DNA from: Candidatus Latescibacterota bacterium
GTDB lineage: Bacteria; Latescibacterota; UBA2968; UBA8231
Direction: 5' to 3'
Length of the DNA: 64,000 nt
NCBI GenBank assembly: GCA_965248355.1
Contig: OZ252098.1
Span: forward strand, 4,064,001-4,128,000
Below, one piece after another: positions 1 to 8,789 of this stretch. Position numbers and translations under genes: made by a program. Within the stretch, counting starts at the first letter, position 1, and each line of letters opens with the position of its first letter. Below the pieces are notes generated by a model, which made no database searches, was not told where the DNA came from, and saw only the letters and a program-made list of their open reading frames with translations.

Positions 1-1
1 C

Positions 2-205
2 GGCCTGCCCGTGGCCCTCGTACCCGAGTTCCTGCGCGCCTTCGCCGATCACGGGCGCCTCAACCTGCACGTGGACCTGCTGCGCGGCGCCGACGACCAC
101 CACGGCATCGAGGCCATCTTCAAGGCCCTGGGCCGCGCCCTCGACATGGCCACCCTGCGCTCCGATCGCGTCTCCGGCGTGCCGTCCACCAAGGGCACCC
201 TATAG
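2..205 (+). CDS. hisB: Imidazoleglycerol-phosphate dehydratase, 3' part (5'-truncated by window edge)
   Basis: C-terminal motifs DDHHGIEAIFKALGRAL and VPSTKGTL typical of HisB. Confidence 0.95.
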   Translation, partial: GLPVALVPEFLRAFADHGRLNLHVDLLRGADDHHGIEAIFKALGRALDMATLRSDRVSGVPSTKGTL

Positions 206-206
206 A

Positions 207-531
207 GCCATTCATTTAGGACCATCGTAATGACCCAATGGATGAAGGACCGGCTGGAGCGCAAGCGCGAAGAGGTTCGGCAGCAGGCCTTGCTGGAGGG
301 TCGCCAAGAGGGTCGCCAAGAGGGCCGTGAGGAGGGCCGGCAGGAGGCCTGCCGGGAGGCCAACGCCTGGGCGAGGAAGCAGAGACTGAATCCGCCGTTC
401 CCGGATCTGGAAGAGGATTCCTCCGGCGACCGATAGGGGGTCCGCCGCGCCACGCGGCGGGCGGCTCATTCATTTCCGACGAGGCCTCCATGGCCAGGCA
501 GGACCGCAGGCGCGACCCCCGCTGCAAGGCG
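207..531 (+). repeat. Copy 1 (internally deleted) of an imperfect tandem duplication; copy 2 is 540-1232
   Basis: Both copies start GCCATTCATT (207, 540), share CGTAATGACCCAATGG...CCGATAG (226-436 vs 838-1084) and end with a match to the yfhO 5' end (478-531 vs 1178-1232). Confidence 0.85.
230..436 (+). CDS. 68-aa soluble protein with EGRQ repeats (Rpn/YhgA C-terminal-like); near-identical to the C-terminal half of ORF 596-1084
   Basis: AGGA 8 nt upstream of ATG; 4 x 12-bp EGR(Q/E) units at 296-343; hairpin 440-462 downstream. Confidence 0.6.
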   Translation: MTQWMKDRLERKREEVRQQALLEGRQEGRQEGREEGRQEACREANAWARKQRLNPPFPDLEEDSSGDR

Positions 532-547
532 ATCTCCTGGCCATTCA

Positions 548-576
548 TTGCGGGAATGATGCCCCGGGAGTATCAT
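548..576 (+). promoter_or_regulatory. Sigma70-type promoter for ORF 596-1084
   Basis: TTGCGG (548-553), 17 nt, TATCAT (571-576); GGAG at 584-587, 8 nt before ATG 596. Confidence 0.6.
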
Positions 577-595
577 CGGCCATGGAGCCTTTCTG

Positions 596-1084
596 ATGGA
601 GCCGGAATCCGGGGGAAGAGTCGGGATATGGTCCATTGTCGAGGACAAGCGGGTCTGGTTCGTGACCGGATTTCTGGTCATCGATCTCTACGGGTCTGGA
701 CTGGTAGTTTGGTCTGAGGTGACCGAGGGAAAAGGTCTTGTCGATACTTCCCTGGGCATCATTCGGGGTCTGGGGCAGGTCGTCATCGCAGCCGTCTGCA
801 TACCTTTTGCCATCCTTCAAGGAGTGGATATGACCGGCGTAATGACCCAATGGATGAAGGACCGGCTGGAGCGCAAGCGCGAAGAGGTTCGGCAGCAGGC
901 CTTGCTGGAGGGCCGCCAAGAGGGCCGGCAAGAGGGTCGCCAAGAGGGCCGGCAAGAGGGTCGCCAAGAGGGCCGTGAGGAGGGCCGCTTGGAGGCCTGC
1001 CGGGAGGCCAACGCCTGGGCGAGGAAGCAGGGACTGAATCCGCCGTTCCCGGATCTGGAGGACGATCCCTCCGCCGGCCGATAG
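596..1084 (+). CDS. Small membrane protein: two N-terminal hydrophobic segments plus a charged helical C-terminus with EGRQ repeats
   Basis: Own promoter and RBS; hydrophobic stretches WFVTGFLVIDLYGSGLVVW and LGQVVIAAVCIPFAIL; internal AAGGAG-N5-ATG at 819-832 in frame. Confidence 0.7.
   Translation: MEPESGGRVGIWSIVEDKRVWFVTGFLVIDLYGSGLVVWSEVTEGKGLVDTSLGIIRGLGQVVIAAVCIPFAILQGVDMTGVMTQWMKDRLERKREEVRQQALLEGRQEGRQEGRQEGRQEGRQEGREEGRLEACREANAWARKQGLNPPFPDLEDDPSAGR
908..991 (+). repeat. 7 x 12-bp coding tandem repeat GAGGG(T/C)CG(C/G)CAA encoding EGRQ
   Basis: Directly visible; the last two units are degenerate (EGRE, EGRL); the paralogous copy at 296-343 has 4 units. Confidence 0.95.
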
Positions 1085-1109
1085 CAGGGTTCCGCGCGCG
1101 CCCTCGAAG

Positions 1110-1144
1110 GCCGCCCGCCGCAACATGCGGTGGGCGGCTTCTTT
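1110..1144 (+). terminator. Rho-independent terminator
   Basis: GCCGCCCGCCGCA-ACA-TGCGGTGGGCGGC stem followed by TTCTTT. Confidence 0.75.
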
Positions 1145-1190
1145 GTGCTCCGCATCCTTCCCGCGCGCCACCCGCTCGACGAGGCACTCC

Positions 1191-3776
1191 ATGGCCAAGC
1201 AGGACCACAGGCGCGACCAGCGGCGCAAGGCGCCCCCCCCGCCGCCGGCTTCCGCCTCTCCCGCGCCGGCCCCCGCGCCACCCACCGCTCCCGCCCCGAT
1301 GTCCGGCCTCCGCACCTGGATCAGCCGCCCCTGGTTCGCCCCCGCCCTCTTCGCCCTGGTGGCCCTCGTCTACTTCTGGGAGTTCCCCTTCAGCGGCAAG
1401 GTCATCTTCGGCCACGACGTGGGGCTGGACTTCCACCGCGGCAAGGCGCCGGTCCTGGAGAAGCTGCGCGACCTCGTGCCCGCGGCCTGGTCCCCCATCA
1501 TGGGCGGCTACCCCGTCTCCGAGGAGATCCGCCACAAGTTCTTCCCCACCTACCTCATCGAGCTGTTCACCACCCACCAGCGCGCCGTGGGCTGGCGCTA
1601 CCTGCTGGTCGTCTTCGCCGCCGGCTACGGCATGTTCCTCTACCTGCGCCGCATCCGCGTCCACCGCTGGGCCGCCCTCTGGGGCGGCCTCGCCTTCCTC
1701 TCGGCTCCGACCTTCCTCAGCTTCCCCGAGGCCGGCCATTACGCCAAGATGACGGTCATCGCCCTCTTCCCCTTCCTCTGCCTCTGCGTGGAGCGCGGCA
1801 TGGATGGGGGCCGGCAGGCCCTGGGCTCGTGGGCCGCCCTCGCCGTCCTCATCGCCCTCGGCGTGTTTTCCCCCCACTTGCAGATGCTCCAGTACGCCCT
1901 CCTGGGCACGGGCTTCTACTTCCTTTACAAGCTCGTCCACCTGCGCCTGCGCGGCATGACCTTCCCCCGCCTCGGCGAGCGCGCCACCCTCTTCGGCCTC
2001 GCCGCCGCCCTCGGACTCGGCCTCGCCGCCGAGGGCGTCTACCCTCCCTACCTGCACGTCAAGACCCAGTCCAAGCGCGCTGCCGTCCACGACGGCACCG
2101 GCCGCACGCCCGAGGAGCAGCTCGCCCACGCCCGCAGCTGGTCCCTGCACCCGGAGGAGATGGCCTCCCTCGTCGTCCCCGAGTTCGGCGGCTTCAACGA
2201 CCCCACCGACGGCTCTCACCGCTACTGGGGCCGCAACCCCCTCAAGCTCAACTCCGAGTACTTCGGCATCCTCGTCCTCCTCCTCGCCTTGGCCGCGGTG
2301 CCGGGCGCCAGGGCCAGCCCTCTCGCGCTCTTCCTCTGCCTGCTCTTTGCCGTCGCCGCCGCCTTCACCCTCGGCGGCCACACCCCCGTCCACTGGCTCG
2401 CCTACCACCTGCTGCCCGGGGGCAAGGAGCTGCGCACCATCGGTATGGCCGCTTTCCTCTTCGCCTTTCCCGCCGTGGTCCTCGCCTCCCTCACCCTGGG
2501 CCGCGTCCTGCGGCCCGATGGCGACGCCCGCCGTCTCTCGCGCCGCATCCTGATCGCCGGCGCTGTCCTCACCGGCCTCTGCCTCGTCCTGGCCCTGGCG
2601 CCGCGCCTGGTCACGGAAGCCTGGACCGCCCTCCTCTGGTCCGACGCCCCGGAGTTCCGCCGCCGGGCCATGGCCGCCTCCGCTCCCTGGCTCGCCCGCG
2701 GGGCCCTCATCGGCGCCGCCCTCTGCGCCGCCGGCACCGCCCTCCTGCTGCTGCGCCTGCGGGGCCGCGTGGGCGCCGGCCTCCTCGTCCTCGGTCTGTC
2801 CGCCCTCACCGTGGCCGACACCTGGCGCATCGACCGCCTCTTTCTGCGCTACAAAGATCCGGCCCTTCACACCGACTTCCGCCAGGCCAACCCGGACGCG
2901 CGCCGCTTCCTAGAGCAGCAGCCCGGCCGCTTTCGCCTCTTCCCCGTGCCCGACTCCGGCTTCCTGAAGGAGGCCCGCTACCACCTGCACGGCGCCGACG
3001 TGGCCACCGGCTTTGCCAACTTCACCCTGCGCCGCTACGACCGCCTGCTGAAAGAGCTGGAGGCCCTGTTGCGCCGCCGTCACGTCGAGGGCCGCGAGGT
3101 GCCCTACACCGACGCCCAGCTGCTCGGCGCCGCCCGCCCGCTCCTCGATCTCATGAGCGCCCGCTTCCTGGTCACCAAGCGCTCCGTCGAGCTGCAAGCC
3201 GAGGGCTTTCCCGAGGTCTTCGCCGGCGCGAACCTGCGGCTCTACGCCAACGAGAGCGCCCTGCCGTGGTACTACTTGGCGCCCCGTGCCGAGGTCCTGC
3301 CCGGGGAGCGGGAGGTCCTGACGGCTCTGCGCGAGGGGCGCTTCGACCTGCGGCGCACCGTCCTGCTGGAGGAGCCAACGCCCATCGACCTGCCCGGCCC
3401 CGCCGCGGACCTGACCCGGGATCAGGTGACCGAGGAGCTCTACGACTACCGAGAGGGAATCGTGCGCCTGCGCGTAGCCGCCGGGGGGCCGCGCCTGCTG
3501 GTGATCGGCGACAACCACCACCCTCACTGGCAGGCCCTCGTCGACGGCCGGCCCGCCCCCCTGCTGCGCGCCAACTACGTCTGGAAGGCGGTGCCCGTGC
3601 CGGCGGGCGAGCACCTGGTGGAGCTGCTCTACCGCTCCCCGCCCGTAGCCCGGGCCCGCGCCGTCAGCGCCGTCTGTGCCGTCCTGGTCCTGGTTGGCGC
3701 GGGTCTGGCCCTGCGGCGGCGGCGGTCCGGATCGGGGCAGGGGCTTGAACCCGGGGGCGAGGTACCTTACCTTTGA
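1191..3776 (+). CDS. YfhO-family polytopic membrane protein (GT-C glycosyltransferase-like)
   Basis: Many TM helices; C-terminal LLVIGDNHHPHWQALVDGRPAPLLRANYVWKAVPVPAGEHLVELLY matches the YfhO signature; GAGG before ATG 1191. Confidence 0.85.
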   Translation: MAKQDHRRDQRRKAPPPPPASASPAPAPAPPTAPAPMSGLRTWISRPWFAPALFALVALVYFWEFPFSGKVIFGHDVGLDFHRGKAPVLEKLRDLVPAAWSPIMGGYPVSEEIRHKFFPTYLIELFTTHQRAVGWRYLLVVFAAGYGMFLYLRRIRVHRWAALWGGLAFLSAPTFLSFPEAGHYAKMTVIALFPFLCLCVERGMDGGRQALGSWAALAVLIALGVFSPHLQMLQYALLGTGFYFLYKLVHLRLRGMTFPRLGERATLFGLAAALGLGLAAEGVYPPYLHVKTQSKRAAVHDGTGRTPEEQLAHARSWSLHPEEMASLVVPEFGGFNDPTDGSHRYWGRNPLKLNSEYFGILVLLLALAAVPGARASPLALFLCLLFAVAAAFTLGGHTPVHWLAYHLLPGGKELRTIGMAAFLFAFPAVVLASLTLGRVLRPDGDARRLSRRILIAGAVLTGLCLVLALAPRLVTEAWTALLWSDAPEFRRRAMAASAPWLARGALIGAALCAAGTALLLLRLRGRVGAGLLVLGLSALTVADTWRIDRLFLRYKDPALHTDFRQANPDARRFLEQQPGRFRLFPVPDSGFLKEARYHLHGADVATGFANFTLRRYDRLLKELEALLRRRHVEGREVPYTDAQLLGAARPLLDLMSARFLVTKRSVELQAEGFPEVFAGANLRLYANESALPWYYLAPRAEVLPGEREVLTALREGRFDLRRTVLLEEPTPIDLPGPAADLTRDQVTEELYDYREGIVRLRVAAGGPRLLVIGDNHHPHWQALVDGRPAPLLRANYVWKAVPVPAGEHLVELLYRSPPVARARAVSAVCAVLVLVGAGLALRRRRSGSGQGLEPGGEVPYL

Positions 3777-3816
3777 GACTCTTCGGCCGGTCTCCCCCGC
3801 CGGACCAAGAAATCGC

Positions 3817-3846
3817 TTGACACCCCATAGGAGCCGGTGATATTAT
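3817..3846 (+). promoter_or_regulatory. Strong sigma70 promoter with extended -10
   Basis: TTGACA (3817-3822), 18 nt, TG-n-TATTAT (TATTAT at 3841-3846). Confidence 0.75.
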
Positions 3847-3934
3847 GGAGCGAATACTCACTGAACCCCCGCATTACGTCGAAACCTTTCTGCAGAAACC
3901 AGGACAGGGACCGGGCTCCCTGAGGAGGAAGAAA

Positions 3935-6900
3935 ATGCAGCGCAGGAACTATGCAGCCCTTTTGGCCGCGCTGGTGATCGGCTTCGGGGCTATCCAAGCC
4001 AACGCCGCGGAGGTGCTCAGCGTCACCATCGACGCGCCCGCGGATTCCGGCACGGTCCTCGGCATCGGCGGCGAGTTCACGGTGACAGCCGTGGTCGAGG
4101 ACTACACGGCCGAGGGCAACGACGGCGTGATCATCGCCCTGGTCACCGGCAACGACGTCGTGGCTGACAGCACTACGGGTGGCGGCAAGGATGGGGGCGT
4201 TCGTGTGGGGCCCGCTGATCCAGATACCGCAGCCATCAATACTGGCTTGGCCGGCCTGGGCCTGGGGCAGCAGGGCAGCCTTGGCATCGTCGCCGTCCGC
4301 ATCCAGAGGCAGTACGGGAACACAGACTCGAGCCGGTTCATCGGCGGCGACGCCACGTCCGTCGGCGTTGACCCGAACGCGGCGCAGGTTACCTACATCT
4401 GGAGGAGCAAGGTCCACGTCTCCAGCACGGAGGCGACGGAGATCCGGGCTGTAGCGGTGGCCGTGGATAACGGCGGTGTTACGGCTGCTGATGCGAACAA
4501 CCCCAACGGCAAGATCTCCTCGGATGGCGTGGGGCAGGTGCAGTTCGACATCGACGCCGAGCGGCCCGTTCGGCCGGCAGGGCTGATCAACGTCGAGACC
4601 AAGGGCGATCTGGTCACGGCCGTGTTGGACGCCGGAGGCACTGCGGCCACGGTCGACGTGGCCGGCATCGGGGATGTCCTGCAGTTTGACATCGCCGTGG
4701 GTCCCGGCAACATGCGCCTGCTCACTAGGTTAAACCACACGGTCGTCCTCGCGCTCAAGGACCACAACGGCAAGGAGCTCAAGTCCTACCCCGTCTCCCT
4801 GGAGGGGGCCAGGGCCGATACCCTCGCCTTCCGGCAGGCGATCGCCGAGGGCGATTTCGGCGACCTGGTCGGGAGCGCCAATGCCACGGCGCCGCAAATC
4901 GGCGGGAATGACGCGAGGAATTCGGCCACTGCCTACATCGTCGACCCGATAGGCAACCGCAGCAAGGCAGCAGCCGGGGACGACTGGATGAGTCCTAACG
5001 ACCAGGTAGGGGGTGCGAATGCCGCTATTCCCCACCTGCTCGACGCCAAGAAGCCGGTCATCGACGGCGTCAGCGGCAAGGACTTCGTTGCTACCGGCGG
5101 TGACACCTTGGAGATCGCCAGCCCCGACACCATCACCGACGGCACCCTCAATGATCCCCCCTTCTCGGACGACCTGAACCCGATAAACTACAAGTTGCAC
5201 GAGAAGCTCAGCGCCCTGGACATCGACATCGGGGGCCAGGTGCTGAAGATCACGAACCGAGAGATGGTAACATCAACCGGTGACACTGTGATCACCGACG
5301 CTGACGATGCGCTGAACCTAAATGACAGGGTTCGCGTCATCTTTTCCGTCGGTGACGACCACAAGGTCACATCGCTCGAAACTCAGAACCTGAGCGGCAC
5401 TTCTGGCCCTCGGGATCAGAGCGCCAACCTCCGCCCGGCCGCCCTCCCGGACGGCGAGCTCAAGACGGGCGTCCACACGATCAAAGTCACGGGCACCGAC
5501 TACGCCGGCAACGTGGGTCCGGCCGCCGAGCGCGCCGACGTCTATGTCGACGTCGACGACCTCGCCTTCAACGGCCTCTTCCCCACGGAGGCCGACATCT
5601 CCACGATCGAGGAGACGAGCACGTCGGACGTCAGGTTTGCCCTTAGCGAGCACGCCGACAGCGTCCTCATCTCCTACACCTACGTCAGTGGGAAGGACAG
5701 GCCCGGTGACAAGACCAGGGCCCTCGTCGGCGGCGAGCTGCTGGACCTGGAGGAGCAGGTCATCCCTGCCAGCGAGTTCATCAACGCCGCCAGGGAAGAC
5801 ACGGGTCTGGTTGACGACTCCAAGTATCAGTTGACTTTGCTCGGGGCCGACCTGGCCGGAAACTTCAGCCTCACCGATGCCGGAGCGATGACCTACGACA
5901 CCAACTACGTGGTGCCGCAGATCACCTACTTCAGCGTCTCCTCGAGCCCGCTCGGAGGGACGTGCGCGCCAGGCAAGTGCGCGGAAGCGCCAGAGGGCGG
6001 TGCGATCGTGGCCCTCGCGGACCCCAACGTCACCCTCACGATCAACGCCTGGAACAAGGAGAATGTGGCCGCCCTCGCCTACGGCAAGGTGGACGACTAC
6101 AACAACGACGCGACTGTCACGGTCGCCGGTGGTTCGGGTGAGGGATTGGCACTGTCCGGCAAGGGCGTGCTCACCGGGGGCTTGCCTGTGGGCACGGCCC
6201 GCCTCACCAAGGATGCCTGGGGCGTCGGCGTAGCCGAAGTCAAGGTGACCGCCCAGAAGGCGCCGGAGACTTACACCGTTACCGTGCATGACAGCAGTGA
6301 CGCGGACAGCCCGCACGTGGGCATGCTGGACTCCGTGCTCGTCATCAAGCACGCTGCCTACAACAAGATGGAGATCACTGTCTCCGACACCATTGATCTC
6401 GGCGCCCAGTTCCAGGTCGCCTTGAGATACGTCGACGAGTTCGGCAACACCGTGCTGGATCAGGACAACTACGTCGAGGTCAGCACCCCGATCCTCGGAG
6501 TCGAGTTGCCCCAGAACGCTCTGCCGATCACCAAGGGCACCGGCAGTTTCTTTGTCCGCAGCAACGCCTTGGGCGAGTTGGCCCTGACGGTTCGGGATAT
6601 CGGTGGCGGCAAGGCCGTCAGCAAGTCGGTGACTGTCGTCGGGGAGACGCCTGACGACGGTGATGGCGACGGTGACGGTGGGGAACCACCCATGGCGGGT
6701 CCCGCCGCTCCTGCCGAGTTGGTCGGCGAGGACTACAAGGGCGCTCTCGGCGAGGGCGATCAGGGCGGCTTCGTCATGCTCAGCTTCCCCTCCTCCGCTG
6801 ACCATTCCACCCTGGACCGATATCGCATCTGGCGTCAGATCCAGGTCACCAGGGAACTGGACGCGGACGGCAATCTCGTCGAGTTGTCCGAGCCGAAGAT

Positions 6901-8677
6901 GGACGATGTGTCCTGGGGCACGATCGACGCGATTCCCGGCGAGAGCCTGATGCGCGTCGTGGTCGCCACCCTCGACGGGGACGCCACTCACTACGGCGTC
7001 TCCTCGGAGCGGCACGGATTCGCCAGTGATCCTACAGGCACCGCTGGTGACGACGTGGACATGGGCGGTGAGGACACCATGACCGACACCAGCATGACCG
7101 ACACCAGCATGACCGACACCACCGGGCAGGGCAAGCGGGCCTTCACCGTCATGCGGTCCGTCTCCGTGCCTTACGAGTTGATGGCCGAGACCATGGTCAG
7201 GAGCAGGGAGGCGGCCGTCCGGGGTGACTTGGACGGACCGGTATTCGCCACGCTGACCCCGGAGGCCCTGGCCTTCCACGAGCGCGGCCTGCTCCCGAGC
7301 TTCAAGTCGTCCACGGAGAACGAGTTGCGCGAGCACATCACGCGCACCGAGGAGGCCGTGCGCGCCATCGACGACCTCGCCCCGGCGCCCGTTACCTGGG
7401 TGCGCGCCCTGGATACCCCGGCGGACGCTGGTGCCAGCATCACCATCGAGTGGACACGGTCGATCGATGACCGCCTGATGACCTCGATGGTGCCGCAGGC
7501 ACTCGGTGACGGCGGCAACGTCTACATCTCCGCCGGCGTGGAGGGTTACAACATCTCCCGCCGCACCGGTGACGGTCCCTGGCAGCCCATCGACGTCGCT
7601 CCGGCCGGTTCGTCTTCCTACGAGGATGTCACCGCCCAGAACGGCGTGCGGTATTCCTACAAGGTCGAGCCCACGGATCTCGACAACACCACCACCTCGG
7701 AGATTGAGCAGTCGGCCATGGCCATCCGCAACACCGTCGTCGACAGCGACGGCAACCGGATCGTCGGGCTCTTCGGCGCGGACAGCCGCGTCGACTTCGA
7801 CGACTTCTTCATCTTCGCCGACCACTTCGGTCTGACCTCCGAGAGCGATATTTACGAGGCCGCTTTCGACATCATTCCGAACGACGTCATCGACGTCGAC
7901 GACTTCTTCGCCTTCGCCGAGAGCTTCGGCAAGGAGGTCGCCGGCATCGGCAAGGTGGTCCCGACCATGGCCGGTCTGAACAGCGAGGCCCGCTTCTACA
8001 TCGACAACGCGGCGGCCGAGCCGCCGCGCGTCGGCGAGGAGCTGACCCTGCTGGTCAGCCTGGAGGACTTCGTCGAGGTCCGGGGTTACGGCTTCACGGT
8101 CAACTACGATCACAGGTATCTCGAGTTCGTCGAGCCGCGCTTCGAGAGCAGTCCGCTCGGTGAGGCGGCTCTGGCCCAGCCGCAGGTGGTCTCCAACGGC
8201 GACGGCGAGTTGCACATCGCCGCCCTCGGCGAGACCGTCAGCGAGGGCGACCTGGGTGTGACCCTCGTTTTCCGGCCCTTGGAGGAGATCGAGGAGAGCT
8301 TGGTCGAGATCATGGCCGGTGGCATCCAGGACGGCAGCTACGGGTTGAACCGGATCACCGATCCGGTCTCGGTTCGGATCGAGACGCGTCCCGAGGTCTA
8401 TGCCCTCGAGAACAACTATCCGAACCCCTTCAACCCGGAGACCACGCTCAAGTACGAGCTGCCGGACGCCAACGATGTCACGCTCGAGGTCTTCAACATG
8501 CTCGGCCAGGTCGTGCGGACGCTCGTCGACCGCGAGTTCCAGAACGCTGGCCGCTACACCTATCAGTGGGATGCCACCAACGACGGCGGGCAGCCGTTGT
8601 CCTCCGGAATCTACTTCTACCGCGTCACCGCGGGCGGAGAGTTCCAGAGCCACAAGAAGATGCTGCTCCTGAAGTAA
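3935..8677 (+). CDS. Large acidic secreted protein: signal peptide, Ig/FN3-like repeats, dockerin/EF-hand pair, cohesin-like domain, T9SS/FlgD-type C-terminal domain
   Basis: GAGGAGG RBS; signal peptide MQRRNYAALLAALVIGFGAIQANA; DSRVDFDDFFIFADHFG/DVIDVDDFFAFAESFG; NYPNPFNPETT...SSGIYFYRV...KKMLLLK. Confidence 0.9.
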   Translation: MQRRNYAALLAALVIGFGAIQANAAEVLSVTIDAPADSGTVLGIGGEFTVTAVVEDYTAEGNDGVIIALVTGNDVVADSTTGGGKDGGVRVGPADPDTAAINTGLAGLGLGQQGSLGIVAVRIQRQYGNTDSSRFIGGDATSVGVDPNAAQVTYIWRSKVHVSSTEATEIRAVAVAVDNGGVTAADANNPNGKISSDGVGQVQFDIDAERPVRPAGLINVETKGDLVTAVLDAGGTAATVDVAGIGDVLQFDIAVGPGNMRLLTRLNHTVVLALKDHNGKELKSYPVSLEGARADTLAFRQAIAEGDFGDLVGSANATAPQIGGNDARNSATAYIVDPIGNRSKAAAGDDWMSPNDQVGGANAAIPHLLDAKKPVIDGVSGKDFVATGGDTLEIASPDTITDGTLNDPPFSDDLNPINYKLHEKLSALDIDIGGQVLKITNREMVTSTGDTVITDADDALNLNDRVRVIFSVGDDHKVTSLETQNLSGTSGPRDQSANLRPAALPDGELKTGVHTIKVTGTDYAGNVGPAAERADVYVDVDDLAFNGLFPTEADISTIEETSTSDVRFALSEHADSVLISYTYVSGKDRPGDKTRALVGGELLDLEEQVIPASEFINAAREDTGLVDDSKYQLTLLGADLAGNFSLTDAGAMTYDTNYVVPQITYFSVSSSPLGGTCAPGKCAEAPEGGAIVALADPNVTLTINAWNKENVAALAYGKVDDYNNDATVTVAGGSGEGLALSGKGVLTGGLPVGTARLTKDAWGVGVAEVKVTAQKAPETYTVTVHDSSDADSPHVGMLDSVLVIKHAAYNKMEITVSDTIDLGAQFQVALRYVDEFGNTVLDQDNYVEVSTPILGVELPQNALPITKGTGSFFVRSNALGELALTVRDIGGGKAVSKSVTVVGETPDDGDGDGDGGEPPMAGPAAPAELVGEDYKGALGEGDQGGFVMLSFPSSADHSTLDRYRIWRQIQVTRELDADGNLVELSEPKMDDVSWGTIDAIPGESLMRVVVATLDGDATHYGVSSERHGFASDPTGTAGDDVDMGGEDTMTDTSMTDTSMTDTTGQGKRAFTVMRSVSVPYELMAETMVRSREAAVRGDLDGPVFATLTPEALAFHERGLLPSFKSSTENELREHITRTEEAVRAIDDLAPAPVTWVRALDTPADAGASITIEWTRSIDDRLMTSMVPQALGDGGNVYISAGVEGYNISRRTGDGPWQPIDVAPAGSSSYEDVTAQNGVRYSYKVEPTDLDNTTTSEIEQSAMAIRNTVVDSDGNRIVGLFGADSRVDFDDFFIFADHFGLTSESDIYEAAFDIIPNDVIDVDDFFAFAESFGKEVAGIGKVVPTMAGLNSEARFYIDNAAAEPPRVGEELTLLVSLEDFVEVRGYGFTVNYDHRYLEFVEPRFESSPLGEAALAQPQVVSNGDGELHIAALGETVSEGDLGVTLVFRPLEEIEESLVEIMAGGIQDGSYGLNRITDPVSVRIETRPEVYALENNYPNPFNPETTLKYELPDANDVTLEVFNMLGQVVRTLVDREFQNAGRYTYQWDATNDGGQPLSSGIYFYRVTAGGEFQSHKKMLLLK
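7073..7123 (+). repeat. About 3 x 15-bp tandem repeat ATGACCGACACCAGC (MTDTS) in a linker
   Basis: Directly visible. Confidence 0.9.
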
Positions 8678-8707
8678 GGGGGGCAGGTTCACTTAGTAGG
8701 CAGTGTG

Positions 8708-8740
8708 AGATGGGATCCCGCCCCGTGCGGGGTCCCATCT
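8708..8740 (+). terminator. Stem-loop after the large CTD gene (terminator or mRNA stabiliser)
   Basis: AGATGGGATCCCGC...GCGGGGTCCCATCT inverted repeat; weak U-tract. Confidence 0.55.
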
Positions 8741-8789
8741 TCCACATCCACCCCGATTCCGCGGACTCCTAACCCACCCGAGCACTGCA

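Noticed and set aside
490..717. 75-aa ORF starting MARQDRRRD
   Set aside because: Its start is the duplicated yfhO 5' end and it runs out of frame through the promoter and 5' part of ORF 596-1084; likely a by-product of the duplication.
296..991. 12-bp repeats as a CRISPR array or transposon ends
   Set aside because: Directly tandem, in-frame coding repeats without spacers; no cas gene or transposase in the window.
1233..1240. C8 tract near the yfhO 5' end as a phase-variation switch
   Set aside because: Short tract in a Pro-rich, GC-rich linker, currently in frame, with a downstream in-frame ATG (1299); no evidence of variation.
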